Source: a virus
IMG/VR virus record: IMGVR_UViG_3300044678_002717
Coordinates: 1 to 64,000 of that record
Direction: 5' to 3' (one strand)
DNA: 64,000 bases
Under the pieces are notes generated by a model that saw nothing but the letters and a program-made list of their open reading frames with translations, was not told where the DNA came from and made no database searches. Shown here in pieces: positions 21,934 to 32,333 of the stretch (position 1 is the stretch's first letter; each line of letters opens with the position of its first letter). The position numbers were made by a program, and so were the translations under genes.

Positions 21934-22941
21934 TTAGTTAGAATTTATGGAAAATACGTTATTTACTATTTCTTTTTTATCATCCTTAATAATATCAAAT
22001 ACTTTTTTGTTTCTTAATACTTTAAAAACTAAATTATTAACAGAAAATTCGCCTTCAGTTTGCGTAGCTTCTCCACGCTCCTTTTTAATTTTTTTAAGAA
22101 CCTTATTGTAATTATCAATTTTCTTCAATGAATCTTCCATCATTGATATCTTATTGAAGATATCTAAATATTTGTTTACTTTTTTAGTAATCAAATGTCT
22201 ATCAACATCAGGTAATTTGTACTTTGGTTTTTTAATCCATTTATTATTAAGTATTGAATACATTGCACCCTTACCAACTGTTTGTTCATTTATGTCTTGA
22301 ACATATATTTCAACAGGATATGTATCTATTTTTACATCATTTGATGATTCCCATGCTGCTCTTTTTTGTAAGAAATAATTCATTACAAAATCCGTATCAT
22401 CTGATATATCTTTATAGTCAATAACTATATGTAAATCAATATCTGAATTATCTGTGTAATTATAATTTGCTAAACTGCCTGTAAAAATTATATCTTTAAG
22501 TTTTACTTTTGAATCTAACTCTAAAGTTTTAAAATAATACTTACCAAGATTTAAAAGATTTTTTCTTATATTACTTTTTAAATGATTATTTAACCAAATT
22601 TTTGGGTTTAATTTTTTATGATATTCAATTTCAACATCTGATTTTAATTTAGATGGAATATTTTCAGATTCTATAAAAGATGTTTTTAAAGAATCAATAA
22701 TAGTTTCTTCCAACTTTGCTTTTTTAAGTTTTGTATAATATTTTGGATTTTCAGCCAAATGGTCCATTGCAATTTCCTTTGCTTGTTTTTTACTATCAGT
22801 ATGTTCTAATTCAGTTTTAATACCTAATTTAAGTTGTGATGTAAGTTCAGATGTCAAATCAGCAATAGAAATTTTATATTTTTTAGCATGTTTTTTAGCA
22901 ATCTGAGGCAATGTTAATTTATCTGCTTTACCACCTTTCAT
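21934..22941 (-). CDS. DUF5661-like domain fused to a Pol-beta-type nucleotidyltransferase
   Basis: ELEHT...AKEIAMDHLAENPKYYTKL, then GSLANYNYTDNSDIDLH and VEIYVQD. Confidence 0.7.
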   Translation of the reverse strand: MKGGKADKLTLPQIAKKHAKKYKISIADLTSELTSQLKLGIKTELEHTDSKKQAKEIAMDHLAENPKYYTKLKKAKLEETIIDSLKTSFIESENIPSKLKSDVEIEYHKKLNPKIWLNNHLKSNIRKNLLNLGKYYFKTLELDSKVKLKDIIFTGSLANYNYTDNSDIDLHIVIDYKDISDDTDFVMNYFLQKRAAWESSNDVKIDTYPVEIYVQDINEQTVGKGAMYSILNNKWIKKPKYKLPDVDRHLITKKVNKYLDIFNKISMMEDSLKKIDNYNKVLKKIKKERGEATQTEGEFSVNNLVFKVLRNKKVFDIIKDDKKEIVNNVFSINSN

Positions 22942-22999
22942 TTGAAATATCGTATTTTATACATATAAGTAGAAAAAAACTATTTATAATAAAAATATT

Positions 23000-23443
23000 A
23001 TGTTTAGATTCAATCAAAAGAAAGCAAACAGCGAAGTTGATGAAGTTAAGAGATTGTTAGCGATTACAAAAGGTATGAGAAGACCTAACAATTCAATTTC
23101 ATCTTCTTTTTTAAGAGAGGATGTTAACATGGGTGCAAACCCAAATCAACCTATGGATGGTTCAACTGCTCCACCTATTGATATGACAACTCCCGGTGAG
23201 ACAGCAGAAAGTGATGATATGAAAGATATTCAAAATGCAATTGAAACATCTGAAATTTCAGAAATAAATCCCGATAAAGTAAAAGGTACAGCATTAAAAG
23301 GAAAAATTGAATTTAATTTTGATAAAAATGAATTAAGTCCTAGCGTAGATATTGATGATGATATTGAATTAACTGCTGATGTTAATAAAATTATGGACCA
23401 AATAGAAAGTTATTTTGATATTTGGAAAAAAAAACCAAAATAA
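23000..23443 (+). CDS. Hypothetical protein
   Basis: 147 aa; late motif at 22979-22988. Confidence 0.55.
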   Translation: MFRFNQKKANSEVDEVKRLLAITKGMRRPNNSISSSFLREDVNMGANPNQPMDGSTAPPIDMTTPGETAESDDMKDIQNAIETSEISEINPDKVKGTALKGKIEFNFDKNELSPSVDIDDDIELTADVNKIMDQIESYFDIWKKKPK

Positions 23444-23775
23444 TGACAAAGTATAATTTATTAATTATTGTTCTTTTATTAATTGTAACAGGTATTCTTT
23501 CTTATTTTTTATATACAATAAACGATAAGACAGAAAAATATAGTGAAGAAGTACAAGTAGTTAAAAAAGAATCATCTGATTTTAAAATAAAATATCAAAC
23601 ACTTAAAAGAGTAAATGATTCTATGTTTGTTTTGATTGACAATCAAAATATAAAAATTATTACATTTCAACAAAAAATAAAACAATTAGAAAACGATGAT
23701 AAGAATTTTAAAAAATTTATTAGTACTATTGATGATAGCACCCTTTATAGGATACTCTCAGAAACTACCTACTAA
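23443..23775 (+). CDS. TM plus coiled-coil protein, possible spanin-like
   Basis: Start MTKYNLL overlaps the previous stop; N-terminal TM. Confidence 0.4.
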   Translation: MTKYNLLIIVLLLIVTGILSYFLYTINDKTEKYSEEVQVVKKESSDFKIKYQTLKRVNDSMFVLIDNQNIKIITFQQKIKQLENDDKNFKKFISTIDDSTLYRILSETTY

Positions 23776-24139
23776 TACTTTAAAACCTGAATTATTTACA
23801 AAAGTAAACGGCATAACCATTTATGGGTTTAATCGTTCTCAAACAGAATTTCTTTTAACTGAAAAAAACTCAAAAGATATATGTGTTCAAAAAAGTTTAT
23901 ATAAAGATTCTATTATAGATTCTAAAGATTCAATAATCAAAGATTTAAATACTATTAATAAATCAACACAAACATTATTAGATACTTGTGGTTTTAGATA
24001 TGATAGAAGTGTTAAATTAAATATAAAACAAGAAGAAGAAATTAAAAAATTAAATGAGATTGTAATTAAAAAAAATATGGTAATTTCATTTTTTGGTGGA
24101 GCAAGTTTAGCACTTACTTTGTTCTTACTAGTTTTTTAA
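23696..24139 (+). CDS. Signal peptide, coiled coil and C-terminal TM; possible spanin partner
   Basis: Overlaps the preceding gene by 80 bp, as spanin pairs often do. Confidence 0.35.
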   Translation: MIRILKNLLVLLMIAPFIGYSQKLPTNTLKPELFTKVNGITIYGFNRSQTEFLLTEKNSKDICVQKSLYKDSIIDSKDSIIKDLNTINKSTQTLLDTCGFRYDRSVKLNIKQEEEIKKLNEIVIKKNMVISFFGGASLALTLFLLVF

Positions 24140-24330
24140 ACAGCATCACTCCAAGTACCTTTTCTATTCCAAAGAACTCTAAATAAATTAGATAAGGTTT
24201 TCACGGTAACCTTTTTAATTTCATCTTCTGTAAACTTATCTTTTACAATATTTTTAATCTCTTTTTCGATAAAAGGTTTCAATTCTTTTACTATTTCCCT
24301 TTTTAAAGATTCCTGTTCCTTATTAGTCAT
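24136..24330 (-). CDS. Small hypothetical protein
   Basis: 64 aa; variant late motif ACTAATTATA upstream. Confidence 0.5.
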   Translation of the reverse strand: MTNKEQESLKREIVKELKPFIEKEIKNIVKDKFTEDEIKKVTVKTLSNLFRVLWNRKGTWSDAV

Positions 24331-24380
24331 TTAAAGTTTATTATAATTAGTTGTTTTGAACTATTTAATAAAAACCTTAT

Positions 24381-26522
24381 ATGGAAAATCAACAAATACA
24401 ATCTAATGATGTTGATACTAGAGTTAGTGGTTCTAAAAAGAAAACAAAAAAACGAGAATTTAAAAATCGTAAGACTTTTTCTTTGAAGGCTATGGAAGCA
24501 TTGGTTGATAAAGTTAGTTTTTTAAAAACTAAGTATGATGCTTTAGCGGTTAATGCTCAAGAAAAACTAGGTTATCATTATAATGAAATCTTGAACATTT
24601 TATTGTTTCATAAATATGTAAAAGGAAACAAAAAATTGTTTGATAATTATAAAAAAATAAAAGATGCAATAAATAAAGGTTACGAATTTAAAAAAAGTAA
24701 AAAAGTACAAGAAAATAAAATGGGAAAAATGATGAATGAGAGCAATGCTACGCATTTTGCTATTAACAAAAAAACTAACAAGATTTTAGAATCTTGGAAT
24801 TATGAAGGTTATGACCATAATGAACTAAAAACTTTTAAAAATGAATATTTTGCAAAAGATGTTAAAAAAAGTTACCCTTCTCTAAAAGAAGGTGATTACA
24901 TGGTTGTCACCAAATCAAACTTACACAAAAGAAATCTAAATGAAAGTTCTAAAGCAGATTGGCAAAAATATACCTATACACATTTTGCTTTATTAAAAGA
25001 AACAAATCATATTCTTTATGGATATAATTATGAAAATCATTCCCAAAAAGAATTAAATGAAAACAAAAATAATTACTTTTTAAATATTTTAACTGAAACT
25101 TATGGTTCTGAAATTCAACCTAAAGAAATAACTATTGTTAAAGCTGATAAATTAGAAAAGTTAGGCATTAAAAATGCTTTAAGTAAAAAGAATTGGGTTG
25201 GTTTAATTAATGAAGCGTATTGCGAAGATAAGATGGAAGAAAAACTTGATGAAGATATTCTTCAAGAAACTGAATCAGGTGGAGATGTTGGTAGTGCTTT
25301 TCCGGGAGGTGGTATCCCTGTTAAACCCGACTCTATGAGTTTAAAACCGGGTCAAAATATGTTTGACAAACCTGTTAACATGAGTTCTGCAATGGAAAAA
25401 GGTTTAAAAGGTTTTCAAAATTTTGGTGCAGGTAAAGCAAAAGGTAAAGGAAATATGAAAATTGATTATTCAACAGGTATTGTAAAACCTGATACTAAAA
25501 GACATGGAGCAGGTGGTGGAATTAAAGTAAATGAATCAACAAATAGTCTTATTGATTTAAATGCTTTAATGAATGATGAAATTGAATATAGAAAATCTGA
25601 AAGTCGCACACCTGAAAATAAATTTAAAAGTCCAAGTATTCAGTTAATCAGAGAAAATAATAGAGATTCTATTGTTGATTTCCTAATTAAAAATCAAGGT
25701 CGCTTACTTCCTGAAGTATATAATTTAAGACAATTTAATACAATGTCATTAAAAACTTTAAATGAACATTATTCAAAAGTAGTTAGACTTCTTGAATTAA
25801 ATGAAGAGGTTAAACCAAAAGCTTTAACTAATATTGACTCTCTAAAGAATCAATCTCAAAAAAATTCTAATTCTTATTATAAAAACGATGCAAGTAATAA
25901 AACAACTACTATGCTTGTTCAAAAAGGTGAAGGCGATGGTTTAGTATATGATAAAGATTCTAAACAAAGAAAAGATATACCAAAATATAAATATCAATCT
26001 GAACATCAAAAAGATTATCTTGAAAAGATTCATAGAGGTTTAGAAGATTTTGAACCTGAAAAAGGTCCAAATGGTGAAGTTGACCCTGTATGGTTAGCAA
26101 GAAAAGAAGCATTGATGTCAAATACCGAAGCAGGTAAAGAGGCTTTCAAAAATGCACAGAAAAGAATGAAAGCAAAAGATGATTACCATTTGAGAACTGT
26201 AAAACCTATCTTTAATCAAGATGACTTACCAAAAGTTAAAAAACAAGACAAGGTATTAAAAGAATCTAATTTTCAAGTAGTTAAAGAAAGTGGCATTTTG
26301 GACCAAATCCAATCTTTTTATATTGATGAAGATAATAGAAAAAAACCTGTTATATTTGATGCAAATAAACTCGTTGAAAGTTTTAACGAAAAAGAACTTA
26401 TGGGTTGTAAAGAATTAACTTATAAGGGTTTGGGTCAAACTCTAACAGAAGATTTTAAAAACAAAGTCTTAAACAAGAAACTTCTTTACTCTCCTGAAAG
26501 TAAAAAAGTTTACTTGGCATAG
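24381..26522 (+). CDS. Large hypothetical protein with an internal tandem domain duplication, probable internal head protein
   Basis: THFAINKKTNKIL..WNYE and THFALLKETNHIL.GYNYE repeats; late motif at 24360. Confidence 0.55.
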   Translation: MENQQIQSNDVDTRVSGSKKKTKKREFKNRKTFSLKAMEALVDKVSFLKTKYDALAVNAQEKLGYHYNEILNILLFHKYVKGNKKLFDNYKKIKDAINKGYEFKKSKKVQENKMGKMMNESNATHFAINKKTNKILESWNYEGYDHNELKTFKNEYFAKDVKKSYPSLKEGDYMVVTKSNLHKRNLNESSKADWQKYTYTHFALLKETNHILYGYNYENHSQKELNENKNNYFLNILTETYGSEIQPKEITIVKADKLEKLGIKNALSKKNWVGLINEAYCEDKMEEKLDEDILQETESGGDVGSAFPGGGIPVKPDSMSLKPGQNMFDKPVNMSSAMEKGLKGFQNFGAGKAKGKGNMKIDYSTGIVKPDTKRHGAGGGIKVNESTNSLIDLNALMNDEIEYRKSESRTPENKFKSPSIQLIRENNRDSIVDFLIKNQGRLLPEVYNLRQFNTMSLKTLNEHYSKVVRLLELNEEVKPKALTNIDSLKNQSQKNSNSYYKNDASNKTTTMLVQKGEGDGLVYDKDSKQRKDIPKYKYQSEHQKDYLEKIHRGLEDFEPEKGPNGEVDPVWLARKEALMSNTEAGKEAFKNAQKRMKAKDDYHLRTVKPIFNQDDLPKVKKQDKVLKESNFQVVKESGILDQIQSFYIDEDNRKKPVIFDANKLVESFNEKELMGCKELTYKGLGQTLTEDFKNKVLNKKLLYSPESKKVYLA

Positions 26523-26523
26523 G

Positions 26524-26964
26524 ATGATGAATTTAAAAAATAAAGATAAAATATCAAAAGATAATTATTACCTTTTGTTTACAGAAAATGTAAACTATCA
26601 AAAAGTAGAAGTATGTAAAGAGTTTATGATTGACTATACTAAGTTATTCATAAACTCTTTTTTAGGTTTAGATGCTTTTGATAGTAAAGAAGATATTGAT
26701 AACTATATTAAATGGTGTTTTAATAAAACTTGTCAAGAATATAAAGAAATTTACAATTTTGATTTTTCAAATAATAGTAAATTATTATTATATATTAGAA
26801 CATATTCAAATGAAATAATTTCAAAAGAAATTGATTTAAATATGTTAATGGTAAAACTTTTACAACTTATAAAAGAAAGGTTTTATATTTATGAAAATAA
26901 AAATACTACACAATTAAAAGAATTTTTAAATTTATATTTTTTATTTTTTAAAACAAACATATGA
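26524..26964 (+). CDS. Hypothetical protein
   Basis: 146-aa ORF. Confidence 0.5.
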   Translation: MMNLKNKDKISKDNYYLLFTENVNYQKVEVCKEFMIDYTKLFINSFLGLDAFDSKEDIDNYIKWCFNKTCQEYKEIYNFDFSNNSKLLLYIRTYSNEIISKEIDLNMLMVKLLQLIKERFYIYENKNTTQLKEFLNLYFLFFKTNI

Positions 26965-27230
26965 AAGCTAGATATTTTACTTACGACAAAACACAACCAA
27001 AAGCTGTTTATTATTTAACAGACATTAAACAAGAGTCCTACCCACATCATACTCCTGAAGAATTTTTCAAGGAACTAGAATCTAAATGGATTACTAATCC
27101 AAATGTTGTAATTGTTGATGATAGAGAAACTGCATATTCAAGTGGTGAAATTGAAATTTCTCAAATAGAGAAATATTTAGAAAAATTAGAAGAAATAAAA
27201 AAACAATTGGATTTGGATGATGAAATCTAA
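26961..27230 (+). CDS. Hypothetical protein
   Basis: 89-aa ORF with ATGA-type overlap. Confidence 0.5.
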   Translation: MKARYFTYDKTQPKAVYYLTDIKQESYPHHTPEEFFKELESKWITNPNVVIVDDRETAYSSGEIEISQIEKYLEKLEEIKKQLDLDDEI

Positions 27231-27423
27231 AGAAGAAAACGAAATTAATCTTCTTAAAGAAGAGGAATTAAAAGAAGAAGTTTTTTGGAAAGGATATTCA
27301 AATAAATTAAAAGAACAAATCCGTTCTGAAAATATTTTTGAAGAAGTTGAAAATTTTAAAAAAATTAAAAACAAAGAAAAAAATAATTTTTTTAAAAAAA
27401 TTTTGAAAACTTTAGGATTTTAA
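27217..27423 (+). CDS. Hypothetical protein
   Basis: 68-aa ORF. Confidence 0.45.
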   Translation: MMKSKEENEINLLKEEELKEEVFWKGYSNKLKEQIRSENIFEEVENFKKIKNKEKNNFFKKILKTLGF

Positions 27424-27454
27424 CTTTATATTTATCACATAAACTTAAAAAATT

Positions 27455-27616
27455 ATGCCTGTCTCAAAACAAAGAAAAAATCAAAAGAAAAAAAGTTTGG
27501 CAAGAACATCAAGATTGAAAGATGATGCTAAAAGACTTTCTAAAAAATTCTTAGAGAATTATAGAAAAATTATGGAAGCAAGAAATCAATCTCAAAATCC
27601 TCAAACTGAAGAATAA
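27455..27616 (+). CDS. 53-aa basic protein (MPVSKQRKNQKKKS...)
   Basis: Translated by hand; stop overlaps the next ATG. Confidence 0.5.
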   Translation: MPVSKQRKNQKKKSLARTSRLKDDAKRLSKKFLENYRKIMEARNQSQNPQTEE

Positions 27617-28695
27617 TGAATTTTATTAATAATATGGAATCACCTAAGTTTGATTTCCATGATATCGCTTTAGTACCATCCATTCTATCTAATATAGAAT
27701 CAAGAAGTGAAATCAATTTACCATTCCCACTTCCATTGGTTGCATCACCAATGAACTCTGTTCTTTCAATTAAAAAGAAAGAACGGTTTAACGAAAATTT
27801 CTTTTATCAATTGCTTGATGAAATGATTGTCTGTGTACCAAGAGGTTATGAATATAGTTCTGAAAATGAAAATTTAGAATGGGATGAATTAACCTTTAAA
27901 TCAATTTCATTACAAGAATTTAGATTGATTGAAACTAATCCTGAACATTTTGAAGGATTGATTAAAGAAAACAATGGTGTATTAGTTGATATAGCTAATG
28001 GTCATATGAAAAAACTTCTTGATTTATCTAAAATCTTTATTAATAAGTTTCCCAATAAACAAATAATGATTGGTAATATTGCTAATCCACATACATATGA
28101 TGCATTTGCTAAGATTGGTGTTCATTATTGTCGTATTGGCATTGGTGGTGGTAGTGTGTGTACAACTAGTGCTAATGCATCTATTCATTATCCAATGGCA
28201 TCATTGATTTATGAATGTAATAGTATAAGACAAGCAAATGCACATAAATCTAAAATTGTTGCAGATGGTGGATTTAAAAATTTTGCTGACATTATTAAAG
28301 GACTTGCTCTTGGTGCTGACTATGTTATGCTTGGTGGAATCTTAAATAAATGTTTAGATTCAGATTCTTATCCTTATCTTTGGAAAAAAATTAAAATAAC
28401 CAATATGTCTTTAGCTAAATGGTTATATAAAAATAAATTTTCTTTATATAAAAGACATGTTGGTATGTCCACAAAAGAAGTTCAAAAGATTTGGGGCAAC
28501 TATAAACTTAAAACATCCGAAGGTATTGCCAAATGGAATAAAATAGAATATACTTTTGATGGATGGGTTGAAAATTTTAACGATTATCTAAAAAGTACAA
28601 TGAGTTATTTAAATTGTACAAATTTGGAAGAATTAAAAGAAAAAGCTACCTTTGCATTTATTACTGAAAATTCATTCAGGAGATTTCATAAATAA
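27616..28695 (+). CDS. IMP dehydrogenase / GMP reductase family protein
   Basis: VDIANGH, RIGIGGGSVCTT, IVADGG, KGLALGADYVMLGG and TSEG motifs. Confidence 0.88.
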   Translation: MNFINNMESPKFDFHDIALVPSILSNIESRSEINLPFPLPLVASPMNSVLSIKKKERFNENFFYQLLDEMIVCVPRGYEYSSENENLEWDELTFKSISLQEFRLIETNPEHFEGLIKENNGVLVDIANGHMKKLLDLSKIFINKFPNKQIMIGNIANPHTYDAFAKIGVHYCRIGIGGGSVCTTSANASIHYPMASLIYECNSIRQANAHKSKIVADGGFKNFADIIKGLALGADYVMLGGILNKCLDSDSYPYLWKKIKITNMSLAKWLYKNKFSLYKRHVGMSTKEVQKIWGNYKLKTSEGIAKWNKIEYTFDGWVENFNDYLKSTMSYLNCTNLEELKEKATFAFITENSFRRFHK

Positions 28696-28700
28696 CAATA

Positions 28701-31700
28701 ATGGCAGTAAAAGAAAAAATTACTTACAAAACATTTAAAGATGAAGAAATAGAAAAATTTTTAAATGGTAAAAATGTAAATCAAAAACATATTGTATGTA
28801 TACAAGGTAGTAATTACTCTAACGAAGTTTATTTAGTTATTGATGATAATGAAAATAAACAAAAATATAGTAAAAAAGATGAATATAGACCTTTTATATA
28901 TGTAAAAGATTTAGATAAACTTAAAATTCCATTTTATAAAGATAATCTTGAAGCAAAATTAGAAAATAAAGATAAATATAGAATTAGTTATAAAAGACTA
29001 AGAACTACTGACAACAATGGTGCTGTAGTTGATAGGCTTGAAAATGGATACAAATATATTTTTTATACAGATTCTGCTTATGGAATGAGAGATTTACTCT
29101 TATTCTTTAGACATGGTGGTATAGATATATTTTGGAAAAAAGATGAATCATTTACAACAAAACTTTTCATCCCCGAAATAAAAGGGGATGAACCTTTTAT
29201 TTATGATTCTGAAAATGAATACATAATTTATAATACTGTATCTGAAAATTATGAATTAATTATTAAAGATATTCATAAAGTTGTTTACAATTCAATACAA
29301 ATAAAATATTCAGGAGAATTTGAAGAAGAAAATATCATAGATGATGATAACGATTTTGATGATTTTATTGAAGAAAAACCTAAACAAAAAGAAAAGAATA
29401 ATCTGTTAAAAAAATTAGGATTATTTCATAATTATGAAATTTTTCATGATAACGATGTTTATAGAATTATTTTTAAAGATAAATTAAAAGCAGGTGAAAA
29501 AATTAGTGTAAATTATCAATTATCAAATAAAAATCTTTTTTATACTCTTAAACCTGAAGAACAATATTTAATACAAAAAGGTATTAGAATGTTTAATGGT
29601 TATAAAACTTATGATGATGTTCACAAATTTGTATTTGATATTGAAACCACAGGTCTTAATCCTTCTAAAGATAGAATATTTGCAATAGGTTCTAAAGATA
29701 ATCGTAATTTTGTTTCTATTGATTTTGTCAAAGAAATGAATAATGATGATGAAGAAAAAAAATTAATAATTAATCTATTTAAAATCATTGATAGACTAAA
29801 ACCTTCAATTATATTTGGGTATAATAGTGAAGATTTTGATTTTAATTTTATTCTTAAAAGAGCAGAATTATTAAATATTAATATTGAAGAATTAAAAACA
29901 ACATATAAAAATGATAAGTCAATAAGAAGATTAGAAAACTCTTCTTTAAAAGTTGGTAATGAAACAAAATATTATACCAAAACTTCAATGTATGGTTATA
30001 ATGTTTTAGATATTATACATGCAGTTTGGAAAACTCAAGCAATCAATTCTAACATGAAAGAAGCAGGTTTGAAATATGTCTGTAAATTTGCAGGTATTGC
30101 TAAACCTAATCGTATGTATGTTAAAAATGGTGCTAAGATTTATGAAATGTGGAAAGAAAATAAATTCTATATTAATAAATCTGAAACAAATGATTATGAA
30201 TTAATACCTGATGAATATCAAAATAATACAATATCATATCTTGAAATAAATCCTGAATATGATGAAATTATAACAGGTAAAAAAATTATTGAGCAATATC
30301 TTGAAGATGATTTGTGGGAAACATTGCAAGTTGATAAGATTTATAATGAATCAACATTCATGCTTTCAAAACTTCTACCAACAACATTAGAAAGAACAGC
30401 AACTATTGGTGGTGCAGGTTCATGGAATCTTATTATGACCGCTTGGAGTTATGAAAATAATCTTGCTATTCCTGTAACACCTAATAAAAGAGATTTTACA
30501 GGTGGTCTATCAAGAACATTTAAAGTTGGATATTTTGAAAATATCTACAAAGAAGACTATGCAGGTCTATATCCATCTATTCAACTTGAACATTATGTAT
30601 TCCCAAGACACGATGTAACTAATATCTTATTTAGATTATTGAGTTATTTTAAGTTTACAAGGGATAAATATAAAAAATGGGCAAAAGATGAAACTCTTCC
30701 TGAAGCAGAAAGAAAGTTTTATGATGCTCTTCAACTTCCAATTAAGATTCTTAACAACTCAAACTTTGGTGCATTTGGTTCTGAATATTTTAATTGGGCA
30801 GATTTTGATTGTGCTGAACGAATTACTTGTACAGGTAGACAATACCTTAGAAGAATGATTCACTATTTCATGCAGTTTGGTGCAATTCCAATTACTGAAG
30901 ATACTGATGGTTGCAACTTTTCTGTACCCGAATATACAAATATTGATTTAGATTTTAATGTATTATCTACACCAATTAAGATTGATGATTTAACATATGA
31001 ATATGAAGGTATAATATATAAGGGTGTTGATGCAATGGTTGAAAAATTCAATAATGATATTATTGCAGGTCAGTATATGAAACTTGATAATGATGGTATG
31101 TGGATATCTGCTGCTAACTTTGCAAGAAAAAATTATGCAAATCTTGAATACTCAACACTTGAAGATAAAAATAAAAAGAAAATATTTAATATACCAAAAG
31201 AATATTTAGAAAATGAAATTAATTATCTTGAGGAATACGCACAGAATAATAATTATTCGGGAGAACATATCAAAAATCTTAAAATTAAGAAATCCAAACC
31301 AAAGGTTACAGGCAATACAATCAAATCTAAAACCATGCCCGAATACATTGAGGACTTTGTTAATCAAGCGATAAAACTTATTCTGACAAACAAACCAAAA
31401 GAATTTATAGAATTTTATTATGAATACTTAACAAAGATTTATTGTAAACAAATTCCAATTAAAAAGATTGCATCCAAGTCAAGATTAAAACAAACTGTTG
31501 AAGAATACCAAAATAGAGGTACAGATATAAATGGTAAATCAAAAGCTAAACAAGCACATATGGAACTTGTTATCGCTAATAATATTAATACAAGTGGTAT
31601 GGACTTTATTTATTATGTAAACAATGGTACTGCCAAATCTCATGGTGATGTATCTATCAATAAAAAAACAGGAATGTACAATTCATATGTTATTACTGAA

Positions 31701-32333
31701 AAAGAATTAAAAGACAATCCCGATATGCTTGGTGAATACAATGTTGCTCGTTATGTTAATAATTTTAACAAGCGTGTAACTGCTTTATTAACCGTATTCT
31801 CTCAAAAAGTAAGAGATACATTAATAAAAGAAAAACCAATGGATAGGGAATATTATGGTGATAATGAAATTCAACTTGTAAATTTTGATAGAGACTCAAT
31901 CGAAGATTTCTTTTACTTAGAAGAAAAAGAAGTTAAGTTTTGGAATAGAACAGGACTTAGACCTGATGATATATTTAAAGAATTTAAATGTGATTATGAA
32001 TTAAAATCACAACAATACTATGATAAATATGTTGAAATTAAAGACAAAATGAAAAGATTAGGTATAACAAGTAGATTGAGAATGCAACATCAAAGATATA
32101 AGAATGATGATATTGTATTGTTATTAAAAAAGAGTTATACAATTGATAATATATCAATTGATTTAAATTATAGTAAATATCTTTCAAGTGAAAATGTTTA
32201 TTTACCTTTAAAAGGATATAAAGATTTATATACAATTTACAAACAAACTAAATCTAAAAAAATAACTGAAATAAATAAATTCTTTATTGCTAAAGTTATT
32301 GATGGTAATTTACAAATTATTAAACAAGTTTAA
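28701..32333 (+). CDS. Family B DNA polymerase
   Basis: Exonuclease FDIETTG and YNSEDFD; polymerase DYAGLYPSI, KILNNSNFG and DTDG. Confidence 0.93.
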   Translation: MAVKEKITYKTFKDEEIEKFLNGKNVNQKHIVCIQGSNYSNEVYLVIDDNENKQKYSKKDEYRPFIYVKDLDKLKIPFYKDNLEAKLENKDKYRISYKRLRTTDNNGAVVDRLENGYKYIFYTDSAYGMRDLLLFFRHGGIDIFWKKDESFTTKLFIPEIKGDEPFIYDSENEYIIYNTVSENYELIIKDIHKVVYNSIQIKYSGEFEEENIIDDDNDFDDFIEEKPKQKEKNNLLKKLGLFHNYEIFHDNDVYRIIFKDKLKAGEKISVNYQLSNKNLFYTLKPEEQYLIQKGIRMFNGYKTYDDVHKFVFDIETTGLNPSKDRIFAIGSKDNRNFVSIDFVKEMNNDDEEKKLIINLFKIIDRLKPSIIFGYNSEDFDFNFILKRAELLNINIEELKTTYKNDKSIRRLENSSLKVGNETKYYTKTSMYGYNVLDIIHAVWKTQAINSNMKEAGLKYVCKFAGIAKPNRMYVKNGAKIYEMWKENKFYINKSETNDYELIPDEYQNNTISYLEINPEYDEIITGKKIIEQYLEDDLWETLQVDKIYNESTFMLSKLLPTTLERTATIGGAGSWNLIMTAWSYENNLAIPVTPNKRDFTGGLSRTFKVGYFENIYKEDYAGLYPSIQLEHYVFPRHDVTNILFRLLSYFKFTRDKYKKWAKDETLPEAERKFYDALQLPIKILNNSNFGAFGSEYFNWADFDCAERITCTGRQYLRRMIHYFMQFGAIPITEDTDGCNFSVPEYTNIDLDFNVLSTPIKIDDLTYEYEGIIYKGVDAMVEKFNNDIIAGQYMKLDNDGMWISAANFARKNYANLEYSTLEDKNKKKIFNIPKEYLENEINYLEEYAQNNNYSGEHIKNLKIKKSKPKVTGNTIKSKTMPEYIEDFVNQAIKLILTNKPKEFIEFYYEYLTKIYCKQIPIKKIASKSRLKQTVEEYQNRGTDINGKSKAKQAHMELVIANNINTSGMDFIYYVNNGTAKSHGDVSINKKTGMYNSYVITEKELKDNPDMLGEYNVARYVNNFNKRVTALLTVFSQKVRDTLIKEKPMDREYYGDNEIQLVNFDRDSIEDFFYLEEKEVKFWNRTGLRPDDIFKEFKCDYELKSQQYYDKYVEIKDKMKRLGITSRLRMQHQRYKNDDIVLLLKKSYTIDNISIDLNYSKYLSSENVYLPLKGYKDLYTIYKQTKSKKITEINKFFIAKVIDGNLQIIKQV

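Noticed and set aside
28701-32333. Intein or intron in the DNA polymerase or terminase
   Set aside because: No intein ends (C/S...HN) or LAGLIDADG motifs were seen and the frames are continuous; the polymerase has only an acidic N-terminal insertion.
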